Part shown: positions 1 through 12,300 of the stretch, piece by piece
Numbering within the stretch: the stretch's first letter is position 1
How the letters are laid out: every line of letters starts with the position of its first letter
Source: a virus
Virus record (IMG/VR): IMGVR_UViG_3300032213_001813
Span: 1 to 64,000 of that record
DNA length: 64,000 nucleotides
Strand: one strand, 5' to 3'
Notes under the pieces: model-generated
Databases searched by the model: none
The model's input: the letters and a program-made list of their open reading frames with translations, nothing else
What the model was told of the DNA's origin: nothing
Position numbers and translations under genes: made by a program

Positions 1-1
1 A

Positions 2-3000
2 ACTAATAAAGTATTAATAAATTCAACATTTGTATCAGCATCTAACTCAAACGTTACTGCATACGAATTGATATTCAATAATAAGGCATTTATACAAAAT
101 GAAACTATTGCGTATCTATCTTCGTCTTGGTCTAATTTTTATTATAGTGAATCAAAATGTAAAAGAGATATTGGTTATATATTAGATGCGGTTGCAACTG
201 ATATACTTTATGGTGGTAACGAAAGAGTAGCTAAAGCTGGTGAGTATTATTACTTATATCCTTCATTAGCAACAGAAGGTAACGATGGTGATACTGGTGG
301 ACAATTAAATCAAACTTTAGATGGTATAAAGTACACTAAAGGAATTACTGAAAAAATTGTAGCAAATTTATTATTACAATCACCAACAACATCCGAATTA
401 ACTGGATTTAATTTATTACTTGATAATAAGAAGTTTATACAAAGTGAATCAATTGCGTATCTATCTTCTTCTTGGAGTGGTGGAGATGGATTCTATTATA
501 ACGAAACAACTTGTAAGAGAGATATTGGACATATTATAGATGCGGTTAGAACTGATTTAGTTTATGGTGGTAATGAGAGAAGCTCTAAAGCTGGAGAATA
601 CTATTACCTATACCCATCAGCAGCAATCCTAACAGGTTCCGTTTCACCAACTGCAGCAACTCAAAAAGGACCTACTCTTGATGGACTAAAATATGTAGCT
701 GGTACTGCGGAAAATGTAATAGCAAATAAAGTATTAATATCACCAACTGGATTTACAACATCATCAGTTAATTTATTAAGACAGAATAAAACATTTATAC
801 AAAACGAAACTGTACAATACATAGATGCTTTCTTCCCTAACTTAGTTTATTTAAGAGAAACGTGTAGACGTGATGTTGGATATATTTTAGATGCAGTTAT
901 AACTGATACTTTCTATGGTGGAAATCAAAGAAGTGTTATAGCTGGACAATATTATTATTTATATCCATCATTAGCAACAAAGAGTACGCAAGTTAGAGAG
1001 ACTGTTGCTGGTGTTGATTACGCAAAAGCATTAGCTAAAGCAATAGCTCAAAATATAAAATTAAATTCTCCAACATTAACAACAAATACTGATGGAAATA
1101 TTAAGGTAACAAATACTACACAATATACATCATCTTTAGGTGCAACTACAACTGAAGTAAATCAAATTAGTTCATCATTTGCATTAGTTACTAATATTGT
1201 TGAAAACGGATTAACTTCAATACCAACTATTATTGAAAATGGTAATGGATTGGTTAAGGTAACAAATACAATTCAATACTCATCATCAATATCAGCAAGT
1301 GGAGCTGAATTGGATATTATTACATCATCATTTAAGCATGTAGCTGATATTATTGAAAAAGGTGTTTCATTTGTGCCTGATTCATTAGCAAGAAACTATA
1401 ATTATGGATTTGAATTAGCTACACCAACTTTATTACATATAAGTTCTAAAGAGCAAACAATTGGTACGGGTTCATATAACTTATCAACTCAAATTACAAA
1501 CGTAAGTTCTTCTTATGGTAGTGTTGTAAACGTTGTTAAAAACGGATTGAGTGTATTACCTACATTAGTAGCAAATACATCATCATCGTTAAAAGTAACA
1601 AATGCAAATCCTATAAGACAAGCAATATCCGCATCATCTTTTGATACTAATAAGATTGCAAGTGGATTTGATTTGATATTAAGTGTAATTGAAAATGGAA
1701 CATCTTTACTTCCAACAATTATATCAAATACATCAGCAAGTATTAAGGTAACTAACACACCACAAATAATAAGTGGAAGTGCAGCGGGAAGATTGCAAGG
1801 TAAATTAATATCATCATCTTTATCTTTGGTAATCGATGTGTTATTAAGTAATGGTACAAGCTCAATTGGACTTAAACAATCAACATTCCCAATAGCAAAT
1901 ACAAATGCAAAGATAAATTCGGCATATAATCTATTAGTAAGTAACTCTAAATTTATAGTTGATGAAACTATTGCTTATATGAGTTCATCTTGGAGTGGAT
2001 TTGCATATACTCAAAGTAAATGTGAAAGAGATTTGACAGGAATCCTTAGTGGTTCTGCATTTGACCTTTTATATGGTGGTAATTCGGCATCGTTGTTTAA
2101 TGGTAAGTTCTATTTTGATTTCCCATCCCAAGCTACTGGTTCTCAATTAGACCAAACAATTACGGCAATCAAATACGCAAGTGGATTAGCAGAAAAAGTG
2201 GTATTGAATACTGTATTTACACACATATCGGCATCAATTAATCAACCAACATCAGCATCTTGGAATTCATTGAGAACTAATAAAGCATTTATACAAAGTG
2301 AATCAATTGCTTATCTATCTTCTTCTTGGAGTAATTTTGGTTATAACGAAACTACTTGTAAGAGAGATATTGGATATGTTATAGATGCGGTAGCAACGGA
2401 TTTACTATATGGTGGTAACGAAAGAAGTGTGGTAGCAGGTAGATACTATTATGATTATCCATCTCAAGCTACAAACGCACAATTAGAACCAACATTGACT
2501 GGTGTAAGATACGCAAAAGGAACGGCTATGAACGTAGTGGTTAATAAGCAAATATTTACATCATCATTAGAAACACAATACGCATACGATTTAATAAAAA
2601 GTAACAAACTATTCATACAAAGTGAAAGTATTGCATTTGTAAACGCTAAATATCCTAACTTACAATATAGTGAAAGTAAATGTTATAGAGATTTAGGATA
2701 TATCATTGATGGTGTAGCAACGGATTTACTATATGGTGGTAATGAAAGAAGTAGAGATAACGCAGATTACTATTATCAGTTCCCATCTCAAGCTAATGCG
2801 TCTGGTTCGCAAGTTGTAGAAACGGTAGAAGCAATTAAGTACGCAGCTAGAATCACAACGGCATCTATTAGTAGTACATTAATAGGTACACCACAAATTA
2901 TCCGTAATACTTTAGGAAATATTAAAGTAACTAACGCTACTCAATATATTTCAGCATCATCTGCAACTTCTACTGAAGCAACAATACTATCAGCATCAAT

Positions 3001-5410
3001 TGCTATTGTAACAAACATAGTTGCTAATGGAACTGGTTCAGCAATAGTATCCGCATCATTAAGTTTACCAACATCATCTTATACAACGGCGGTAAGCAAT
3101 GATAATAGATGGATTGCATACGGAATACTAAAAAATAACATTTCATTCATACAGGACGAAACTATTGCTTATCTATCTTCTTCTTGGAGCACGGCATCTT
3201 ATGATGAAAGTAAGTGTAGACGTGATGTGGGCTTGATTATAAGTGGAGCAGCTGAAGATTTAGTATTTAACTCAAATTCAGCATCATTATTTAATGGTAT
3301 ATTCTATTATCAATACCCATCACAAGCGCAAGGTGCACAATTGAACCAAACATTGGATGGTATCAATTACGCAAGTAAGTTAGCACAAAATATAGTACAA
3401 AATGTAACTTATGTAACGGCATCAGTAATTGTATCGGCATCATACGCATTAATTAGAAAGAATAGAGAGTTTATACAAAATGAAACTATTGCTTATCTAT
3501 CTTCTTCTTGGAGTACGGCATCTTACATTGAATCAACTTGTAAAAGAGATGTTGGTCATATTATAGATGCAGTTTCTACGGATTTACTTTATGGTGGCAA
3601 TGAAAGAAGTACAAACGCTGGGGTATTCTATTACTTATATCCATCACAAGCGCAAGGTGCACAATTACAACCAACATTGACAGGTGTTAAATACGCAGGA
3701 CAACTTTCTAAGAATACTGCGGCATCATTAACATTTGTGACAGCATCTCAAATAGTATCAGCATCAGTTAATTTGTTGAGAAAGAATAGAGAGTTTATAC
3801 AAAATGAAACCCTAGCTTACTTAACTGCTAGTTGGAGTACATTTGAATATGATAAAGATAAGTGTAAGAGAGATGTTGGTTATATATTAGATGGTGTTAC
3901 TACCGATTTATTATATGGTGGTAATGAGAGAACTGTATTGAATGGTAAATTTTATTACGAATATCCATCTTTAGCAATTGTTGAAGGAGATGGTGATGGT
4001 GTTGGACAATTAGGACAAACAATTGATGGTATAAACTACGCAGGTAGAATAGCACAAAAGATTGTACAAAATACACAATTCGTAACTGCATCATTACAAG
4101 CATCAGCATCATTTGATTTATTAAGAAAGAATAAAGCATTTATAGCAGAAGAAACTATTGCGTATGTATCTTCTTCTTGGAGTAGTGTATATTATAACGA
4201 AGCAACTTGTAAGAGAGATGTTGGGTATCTAATAGATGCGGCAGCAACGGATGTATTGTATGGTGGTACTGAAAGAAGTGTAATAGCTGGACAGTATTAT
4301 TATTTATATCCATCAAATGCAACCAATAAGGGTGTTCCATCGACTCAAAATCAATCAGACCCAACACTTACTGGTATCCGATATGCTGGAAGGGTATCTA
4401 AAAAGGTAATAACTAACCCAATATATTCAGTACCATCAGCATCTTTATTAACAACTGCAAAATTGTTGACAGATAACAAACAATTGATACAAAAAGAAAC
4501 TATAACGTTCTTATCTGCATCTTGGAGTGGTTTAAAATACAATGAAGTAAGTTGTAGTAGAGATTTAGGATTTATTATAGATGCAATTAGAACCGATTTA
4601 GTGTATGGTGGTAATGAAAGAAGTATTGAAGCTGGTTCATACTACTACAAATTCCCATCTGTAGCAATATTAGATAGTTACTCTGATAATAATGGACAGA
4701 AAAAACAAACGGTAGATGGTATAAACTTCGCAAGAGGACTTTCTGAAAAAATAGTAGCAAATACTCTATTAACTTACTTAGCACCAACTACATTAAGAAG
4801 ACAAGCCGCTGAAAGATTAAAAGGTGGAAAAGAAGAATTAAAACAAAGAGCAATTGGATACACAAATGGAGCTTTTCCATATTTAGTATATAATGAGGCA
4901 AGTTGTTCGCGTGATACTGGATTTATTGTAGATGCGGCTGTAACTGATTTATTATATGGTGGAAATGAAAGAGGAATTAGAGCAGCATCTTCATATTACG
5001 ATGGTCAATATGGAAGTGCAATAGCTGTGACTAGAGACCAATTATTGGAAACTTTGGAAACAAATAGATATTTAAGAACTAGAGCAGAGTTTATTGCAGC
5101 AGGAGCACCTTTGGAATCATTTGGTTCACTAATTGTGGCAACTGGTATTGACTACTCTTACAATGGTAGTGGTGTTACATTTAAAGCACTTCCTCCAAAT
5201 CAGGGTGGTAGTGGTGTTGCGGACCCGGCATTTGAAATTACTGAATTAGGTGGTGGTAGAATATTCTTCACCTCTGGAAATCAGGATGGTGACTTTAGAA
5301 TTGGTACTGGATTAAGTATCAATCAAGCTACTGGAACTTTAGTTGGTAGAACATTTAGTAAATCATTGTTCTCATTGGTAACTCCGTTCTCATTAGCACT
5401 ACAAATATAA
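2..5410 (+). CDS. Large virion structural/fibre-associated repeat protein (5'-truncated, at least 1802 aa)
   Basis: The frame is open from base 2, so the TTG at 68 is not a true start. It has 12 copies of a ~65-aa unit (NKxFIQxETIAYLSSSWS..Y.E..CxRDxGxIxDAVxTDLLYGGNERS..AGxYYYxYPS). The C-terminus GDFRIGTGLSINQATGTLVGRTFSKSLF resembles large structural proteins of T4-like myoviruses as recalled. Confidence 0.75.
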   Translation, partial: TNKVLINSTFVSASNSNVTAYELIFNNKAFIQNETIAYLSSSWSNFYYSESKCKRDIGYILDAVATDILYGGNERVAKAGEYYYLYPSLATEGNDGDTGGQLNQTLDGIKYTKGITEKIVANLLLQSPTTSELTGFNLLLDNKKFIQSESIAYLSSSWSGGDGFYYNETTCKRDIGHIIDAVRTDLVYGGNERSSKAGEYYYLYPSAAILTGSVSPTAATQKGPTLDGLKYVAGTAENVIANKVLISPTGFTTSSVNLLRQNKTFIQNETVQYIDAFFPNLVYLRETCRRDVGYILDAVITDTFYGGNQRSVIAGQYYYLYPSLATKSTQVRETVAGVDYAKALAKAIAQNIKLNSPTLTTNTDGNIKVTNTTQYTSSLGATTTEVNQISSSFALVTNIVENGLTSIPTIIENGNGLVKVTNTIQYSSSISASGAELDIITSSFKHVADIIEKGVSFVPDSLARNYNYGFELATPTLLHISSKEQTIGTGSYNLSTQITNVSSSYGSVVNVVKNGLSVLPTLVANTSSSLKVTNANPIRQAISASSFDTNKIASGFDLILSVIENGTSLLPTIISNTSASIKVTNTPQIISGSAAGRLQGKLISSSLSLVIDVLLSNGTSSIGLKQSTFPIANTNAKINSAYNLLVSNSKFIVDETIAYMSSSWSGFAYTQSKCERDLTGILSGSAFDLLYGGNSASLFNGKFYFDFPSQATGSQLDQTITAIKYASGLAEKVVLNTVFTHISASINQPTSASWNSLRTNKAFIQSESIAYLSSSWSNFGYNETTCKRDIGYVIDAVATDLLYGGNERSVVAGRYYYDYPSQATNAQLEPTLTGVRYAKGTAMNVVVNKQIFTSSLETQYAYDLIKSNKLFIQSESIAFVNAKYPNLQYSESKCYRDLGYIIDGVATDLLYGGNERSRDNADYYYQFPSQANASGSQVVETVEAIKYAARITTASISSTLIGTPQIIRNTLGNIKVTNATQYISASSATSTEATILSASIAIVTNIVANGTGSAIVSASLSLPTSSYTTAVSNDNRWIAYGILKNNISFIQDETIAYLSSSWSTASYDESKCRRDVGLIISGAAEDLVFNSNSASLFNGIFYYQYPSQAQGAQLNQTLDGINYASKLAQNIVQNVTYVTASVIVSASYALIRKNREFIQNETIAYLSSSWSTASYIESTCKRDVGHIIDAVSTDLLYGGNERSTNAGVFYYLYPSQAQGAQLQPTLTGVKYAGQLSKNTAASLTFVTASQIVSASVNLLRKNREFIQNETLAYLTASWSTFEYDKDKCKRDVGYILDGVTTDLLYGGNERTVLNGKFYYEYPSLAIVEGDGDGVGQLGQTIDGINYAGRIAQKIVQNTQFVTASLQASASFDLLRKNKAFIAEETIAYVSSSWSSVYYNEATCKRDVGYLIDAAATDVLYGGTERSVIAGQYYYLYPSNATNKGVPSTQNQSDPTLTGIRYAGRVSKKVITNPIYSVPSASLLTTAKLLTDNKQLIQKETITFLSASWSGLKYNEVSCSRDLGFIIDAIRTDLVYGGNERSIEAGSYYYKFPSVAILDSYSDNNGQKKQTVDGINFARGLSEKIVANTLLTYLAPTTLRRQAAERLKGGKEELKQRAIGYTNGAFPYLVYNEASCSRDTGFIVDAAVTDLLYGGNERGIRAASSYYDGQYGSAIAVTRDQLLETLETNRYLRTRAEFIAAGAPLESFGSLIVATGIDYSYNGSGVTFKALPPNQGGSGVADPAFEITELGGGRIFFTSGNQDGDFRIGTGLSINQATGTLVGRTFSKSLFSLVTPFSLALQI

Positions 5411-5430
5411 AAATGATAAAATAAAAAGAA

Positions 5431-6303
5431 ATGGCAGAAGTTTTTGTACCCTTAAATAGATTCCAGTCAGTAGTAGCAACTCTGACTGGTGAGCAAGATG
5501 AAATATATGCAACTCCTGTTGGAGTTTCATCAATTGTACTATCTTGTCAAATTACAAACAATAGTGTTTCAAATCAACCTGTAACTATTTTTGTAACATC
5601 AAATAAAGAATTACCTATACCAAATTTTGCTGGAATTGAAGCAACTGGAAGTTATGTATCAGCATCTGCTTTATTAACATTAAACAGACAATTTATTAGA
5701 AAAGAAACCGCTGCATATATTCAAAATCAAAATGGTTTATCCGAAACTCCATTTACATTTGTATCATCTTTATTTGAAGGATATACTTTGGACCAAATTG
5801 ATGCATTTGCATATGATATAAAAAATAATACAACAATTAGAACAAATAAATACGCAAAATCATTCTTTACAAAAAATGGTGTTAGTGTAATTGATTCTAC
5901 TGAATATAGTGCATCTTTATTGACAATTGAATATGCAAATATATTGGCTCAGCAAGTTATTAAAAATCAATCAATAACTGGTTCAGCATTAGTTAGTACA
6001 ATATACCAAAATACAGTTACTCAATCGTTTAACACATTAATTACACCAACTAATTTAGAACTTAGTGGTTCATCTTATTTATTAGAAAGGTTTACCGATG
6101 TTGTTATAAATACAATTGAGAATCCTACGTTAGTTGCACAAGACCCAATACAATTAGTTACTAATGTTTTAATACCCCCTGCTGATTCACTATCACCTGT
6201 TGTTTCTGGTAAATTGGTATTAGAAGAAACATATGGTTTTATAGTTTCTGGCTCAACTCAATTAAGTGTAATTCTTTCTTTATTAGAAAGCGCTAACGAA
6301 TAA
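5431..6303 (+). CDS. Small virion protein family member with an inserted helical segment
   Basis: The N- and C-terminal parts resemble 17783..18115 (IYATPVGVSSIVLSCQITN vs VYTVPSATTTTVIGVNVAN; both end VxxSxLE). The middle (LNRQFIRKETAAYI) resembles the upstream repeat unit. Confidence 0.6.
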   Translation: MAEVFVPLNRFQSVVATLTGEQDEIYATPVGVSSIVLSCQITNNSVSNQPVTIFVTSNKELPIPNFAGIEATGSYVSASALLTLNRQFIRKETAAYIQNQNGLSETPFTFVSSLFEGYTLDQIDAFAYDIKNNTTIRTNKYAKSFFTKNGVSVIDSTEYSASLLTIEYANILAQQVIKNQSITGSALVSTIYQNTVTQSFNTLITPTNLELSGSSYLLERFTDVVINTIENPTLVAQDPIQLVTNVLIPPADSLSPVVSGKLVLEETYGFIVSGSTQLSVILSLLESANE

Positions 6304-6322
6304 CGATAATATTAATCAATTA

Positions 6323-6350
6323 TATTTATAAGTAATTGTGAATATTTATA
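6323..6350 (+). promoter_or_regulatory. Two TATTTATA motifs (candidate late promoter)
   Basis: At 6323-30 and 6343-50, before ATG 6370. Confidence 0.5.
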
Positions 6351-6369
6351 TCAAAGCTAGAAAGTACTA

Positions 6370-9300
6370 ATGGCAATAAGCAATCTATTAAGTGGAAGAG
6401 TTCGATTAAAAGGACCTAAAAATGTAACATCAGACAGATACGAATTTGTAGATTTATCTCAAGTTGAACCAAACTTTGGTGTTCCATCATTTTCAGCATC
6501 TTTAGTAACTAATCCGGCTATTTTAGTAACGGATAGTGATGGTAATAGGGGATTTGCACAAAAAATTGTATTAAGTGAAATAACATCCTCATTTAAAGGT
6601 ATTGCTGACCTTTCTGGTTCATTTAGTGGTTCGTTTATAGGTAAATTTTCAGGAGATGGTTCTCAATTAGTAAATGTACCTGCGGTAGTTGCACCTAGAA
6701 TTGCTAGTGGTTCTGCAACGGCATCCATTTCACCAAATTTAGGATTACAAATAAATGTAGATACTACAATAGCTGGTAATTTATATGTATCCAAATCAAT
6801 ATATGCGGAATCTCTTATAGTAACGTATATATCATCATCAATAATTTATTCATCTGGTTCTAACATATTTGGAGATAATAGTTCAGATAACCAACAATTA
6901 ACTGGTTCGGTTGGAATTAGAGATGTTTTAACTGTAAATAGTGCAACGGGTTCATTTACTGGTTCATTTAAAGGTAGTGCAAATTTAACTGGTTCATTTA
7001 CTGGTTCATTTAGTGGAAGTTTTAGTGGAGATGGTAGTGGATTGGTAAATATTCCCGCACTAACATCAACTTTAATAGGAAGTGGTTCTACAACAGCATC
7101 AATTGCACCAAACACTGGTTTAGTTGTTAATACATTTTCAACATTCCAATTTCCTGTTTCCGCATCAATGTTTACTGGTAGTGGTAGGGGGTTATTTGAT
7201 ATTCCAGAATCATCTTTAGCATTTCAAATTAATAGAATAGCAAGTGGTAGCGTAACTGCATCAATTGCACCAAATACTGGTTTATTTGTAAATACAACTG
7301 TATCCGCATCTGCATTTACTGGTAGTGGTGAAGGATTATTTAATATCCCTCTATCTGCATTTTCTGCTGAAGTTTATAGAATTGCAAGTGGTAGTGTAAC
7401 CGCATCGGTATCACCAAATAGGGGATTTTTAGTTGAAGCAATAGCAAGTGGTTCAACATTTAGTGGTAGTATTGCAGTTAGTGGAAGTATAACCATTCCA
7501 ACTGGTAGTGGATTCTTTAGTGGTAGTGGTGCTGGTTTAACAAATATCCCCCGTTCAGCTTTAACTCCTGATGCATTACTTACAACCCAATTAGCAACAG
7601 GTTCAATAACCGCTTCGGTAACTCCTGAAACTGGATTTTTGGTAATATCAATAGCAAGTGGTTCTACGTTTAGTGGAAGTGTTACTACTGTTGGAAATAT
7701 AACTATACCAACTGGTAGTGGATTTTTTAGTGGTAGTGGTAAGGGATTATCTGATATACCTCGTTCTGCATTAACACAAGATGCTTTATTAACAAATGAA
7801 ATAAAATCCGGTTCAGTAACTGCATCTGTAGCACCAAATACTGGATTTGTCGTTAATTCAGCGCAAAGTGGTTCTACTTTTATTGGAAACGTAGTTGTAA
7901 GTGGTAGTGTATCTGCATCATTTTTTATTGGAGATGGTTCTCAATTATTAAATATACCTGCATTAACCGCAACTTTAATATCAAGTGGTAGTGTAACCGC
8001 ATCGGTTTCACCTAATACTGGATTTGTAGTAACTTCACTAGAAAGTGGTTCTAGATTCATAGGAAATGTAGTTGTAAGTGGTAGTGTATCATCATCTTTC
8101 TTTATTGGAGATGGTTCTCAATTATTTAATATACCTGCTTTAACGGCAACATTAATAGCAAGTGGTAGTGTAACTGCTTCGGTTAGTCCAAATAAAGGAT
8201 TCGTAGTAACTTCGATAGCAAGTGGTTCAATATTTAGTGGTAGTTTATTTGTTAGTGGAAATATAGTAATTCCAACTGGTTCTGGTACTTTTTCTGGTAG
8301 TGGAGCTGGGTTATTTGATATTCCCGAATCGGCACTTTCTTTCAAAATAAATAGAATTGCAAGTGGTTCGGCAACTGCATCAATTTCCCCTGATAGAGGG
8401 TTTTCGGTAAACACATTTGCTAATTTTGAATTTCCAGTATCAGCATCAATGTTTACTGGTAGTGGAGCTGGATTATTTGATTTACCATTATCAGCATTAT
8501 CCCAAGAGGTATTTAGAATTGCATCTGGTTCAGTAACCGCATCTGCATTACCTGATAGGGGATTTGTTGTAGAATCTGTACAAAGAGGTTCTCAAATAAG
8601 TGGAAGTGTAAATATAAGTGGTAGTGTAACTATTAATAGTAGTTCATTTTTTATTGGAGATGGTAGATTCCTTTCTAATATAACACTTGCTAACTTAGCA
8701 ATTGATTCAACAAAAATATTTAGTGGTTCTGCAACCGCATCTATATCTCCGGTAGAAGGATTTAACGTAAATGTACCTGCATTCTTTACTAATACAATAT
8801 CAGCATCAATTTTTAGTGGAAGTGGTAAAGGTTTATTTGATATTCCACAATCTGCATTAGCAACCGAAGCATATAGAGTAGCAAGTGGTAGTGTAACCGC
8901 ATCAGCTAACCCATTAACTGGATTTGGTATAAACGCAATTACAACAATTAGTGGTAGTTTAATAGTATCATCATCTGGATGGGAATTACCAACATCTTCA
9001 TTAAACACTGTATTTAATGTGGTAAACAATGGTAGTGGTGAATATGTATTTACTGGAGCGGCTAGTGGTTCAAATCCTACTTTAGTATTATATCAAAATG
9101 TACCATATACATTTAACATTGCAGCAACAGGTCACCCTTTTTGGATAAAGACCACTAAAACAACTACAAGTTTAAATGCATATAATACTGGTGTAGTTGG
9201 TAATGGAGCTGCAAACGCTACAATAACATTCACACCACCAACAGGTTCTCCTAATATTTTATACTATAATTGTGAATTCCATGCTTCAATGGCGGGTACA

Positions 9301-12300
9301 ATTATTATAAAAGAAAAATATCAAATTGAACCTACTATTAAATTTATAGGGGATACTATTGTAAGTGGTAATTTGTATGTACCAAGTTCTTCATATTTTG
9401 TTGGAGATGGTAGATATCTTTCTAACATTACATTAGCTAACTTAGCAATTGATTCAACAAAGATATTTAGTGGTTCAGCAACGGCATCAATTTCACCTGT
9501 TGAAGGATTTGTAGTTAATACATTTTCAACATTCCAATTCCCAGTATCAGCATCAATGTTTACTGGTAGTGGTAAAGGATTGTTTGATATACCTCAATCA
9601 GCTTTAGCAAGTGAAGTGTTCCGTATTGTTAGTGGTAGTGTAACTGCTTCGGTAGCACCTGATAAAGGATTTTTAGTTGATTCAATAGCAAGTGGTTCAA
9701 AGTTTAGTGGTAGTATTTCAGTAAGTGGTTCGGTAATAATACCAATTGGTGGTGGATTCTTTAGTGGTAGTGGAGCTGGATTAACAAATATACCTCGTTC
9801 AGCTTTAACTGAAGATGCATTACTTTCAAATTTAATAGCTAGTGGCTCTGCAACGGCATCAATTTCACCAAATAAAGGATTAGTTGTAAACACATTTACT
9901 ACTATTAGTGGTAGTTTTGTAGTTTCATCATCGGCTAGACCTACTCCATTGGATGAATTGCCAAATACATTTAATGTAATAAATGATGGAAATATCGCAT
10001 ATTGGTTTAGTGGAGCAGCTAGTGGTTCAAATGTAAATCTAACGGTAGTAAGAGGTGGATATTACATTTTTAATATAAATGCAATTGGACATCCATTTTG
10101 GATTAATACGGCAAGTGCGGTTGGAAATAGTAATGGATATAACGCTTATGCAACAAACAACGGAGCATCTTTTGGAACTCCAATTACATTAAATGTCCCA
10201 TTAGATGCACCAAATACATTGTACTATAATTGCCAAAATCATTTAGCAATGGCGGGTACTATCAATGTAGTAGATGCAATTTACATTCCTTCAGAAATAA
10301 AGTTAGTTGGTGATACTAGAGTAATTGGTGTAGTAACCGCATCCGTATTTAGTGGTAGTGGTGCTGGTTTATTTAATATTCCTCGTTCCGCATTAACACC
10401 GGATGCATTAGTAGCAACATTAATAGCATCTGGTTCGGTAACTGCTTCAGTAGACCCTGCTTATGGATTTAAAGTAATATCACGTGATTATAGTGGTTCT
10501 CAATCTCATAATTATGGTATAATCCTTAGTGGAAGTACTATTGTAAGTGGTAGTGTTAATGCATTTACATTTATTGGAGATGGTTCTCAATTACAAAATG
10601 TAGTAGCAGCCGCATCACCAAAAATAGCATCTGGTTCAGTAACTGCTTCGGTAGCACCTAATACTGGTTTCTTAGTAACTTCAATAGTAAGTGGTAGTAC
10701 ATTTAGTGGAAGTGTTGTAGTAAGTGGTTCGGTAAGAGCAATAACTTATTTTGGAGATGGTTCTCAATTAACAGGTGTGGTAGCTGAGATTTCGGGCGAT
10801 GCATCTCGTATTGCTAGTGGTAGTGCAACTGCATCTATTTCTCCAAACGGAGGATTGATATCAAATGTACCATTAACAATTCAAAGAAATACTAATTTTA
10901 GTTCTAGTTTAGTTGTTAGTGGTAGTACATTATTAAGTGGTTCGATATCAGCATCACTTTATAGAGGAGATGGTGGTGGGTTATTTAACATTCCTGCTGA
11001 AGCCCTAACAAACCTACAATTAGATAAAATCCAATCCGGTTCTGGTATTGCTGTAATTGACCCTCAAAAATTAAATGTAAACGTAACTGTAACCGCATCA
11101 TATTTTGCTGGAGATGGTGGTGGATTATTTAACATTCCACCTGAAGCATTGCAAGATTTAGAATTAGATAGAATTCAATCGGGTTCTGCACAAGCAATAA
11201 TTTCACCAAATAAAGGTTTGCAAGTTAATACGGATGTTAGTATAACTGGTTCATTGCATACTACTGGTAGTATGATTGTAAGTGGGGGTAATTTTATAGC
11301 AAAATCCGGTTCAACATTTATTGGAGATGGTAGTGGATTGACAAATATTACAATTGCAAATCTATCATTTGAAACTAATATATTAAAAAGTGGTTCATAT
11401 ACTGCATCTATTTCACCTGATAAAGGTTTTGTTGTTAATACATCGGCAAGTATCTATGGTAGAACTTATTCTGATTTCATAACAACACCTGAATTAACCG
11501 CAAGTTTTGCATTTTCCCCTCATTGGAGTGGTTCATTCAATGGTATATATCGTTTTAATGGAGCCGGTATTATAGCATCTGCAGAATACAATACTTTAAG
11601 ATACGATACTGCTAGAGGATACTATATTCCACAACCTGAATTATCATTAACGGAGACTGTTGCATTTAGTAACGCAAGTTCGGTAACGATTGTACATGGT
11701 TTGGATATTAGATACCCAATGGTACAGGTGTATGGAACTGGTTCGCAAGATGAAATGATTCTACCAGCATCTATCTTAGCAATTGATAATAACACTGTCC
11801 AAGTAACATTTAGTGGATTGACAAGTGGACACATCGTAATTGGTAGTGGTGGTTCGTTAATAAATGGTACAATCCAAGCTGATAGAGTAATTGGAACTGT
11901 ACTTTCTTCATCGCATGCAGTAAACGCTAATTTTGCAACCATAGCTGGTAGTGTGTTAGGATTAAATACGGCATCTTTAGAAGCATTAGTATCTGCATCG
12001 GCAAATGCTGGACAATTTGTATTGAATTCACAAACGGCATCAATGACAGTATTAAGTGCATCGTTTGCTAGAACTGCTTCTTACGCATTATTTGCACAAA
12101 ACGCATCAAATGTTGATACTGCTGCATTTGTACAAAGTGCTCAAACTGCATCAATGTTAGTTGGTACTGCTTCATTGGCAGTTTCCGCATCTTATGCACT
12201 AACCGCATCTCATGTATTGGGTGGAGTATTATCTGCGGAAGGATTTGTTACAAATGCACAAACGGCATCAATGACGGTGTTTAGTTCATCATTTGCTAGT

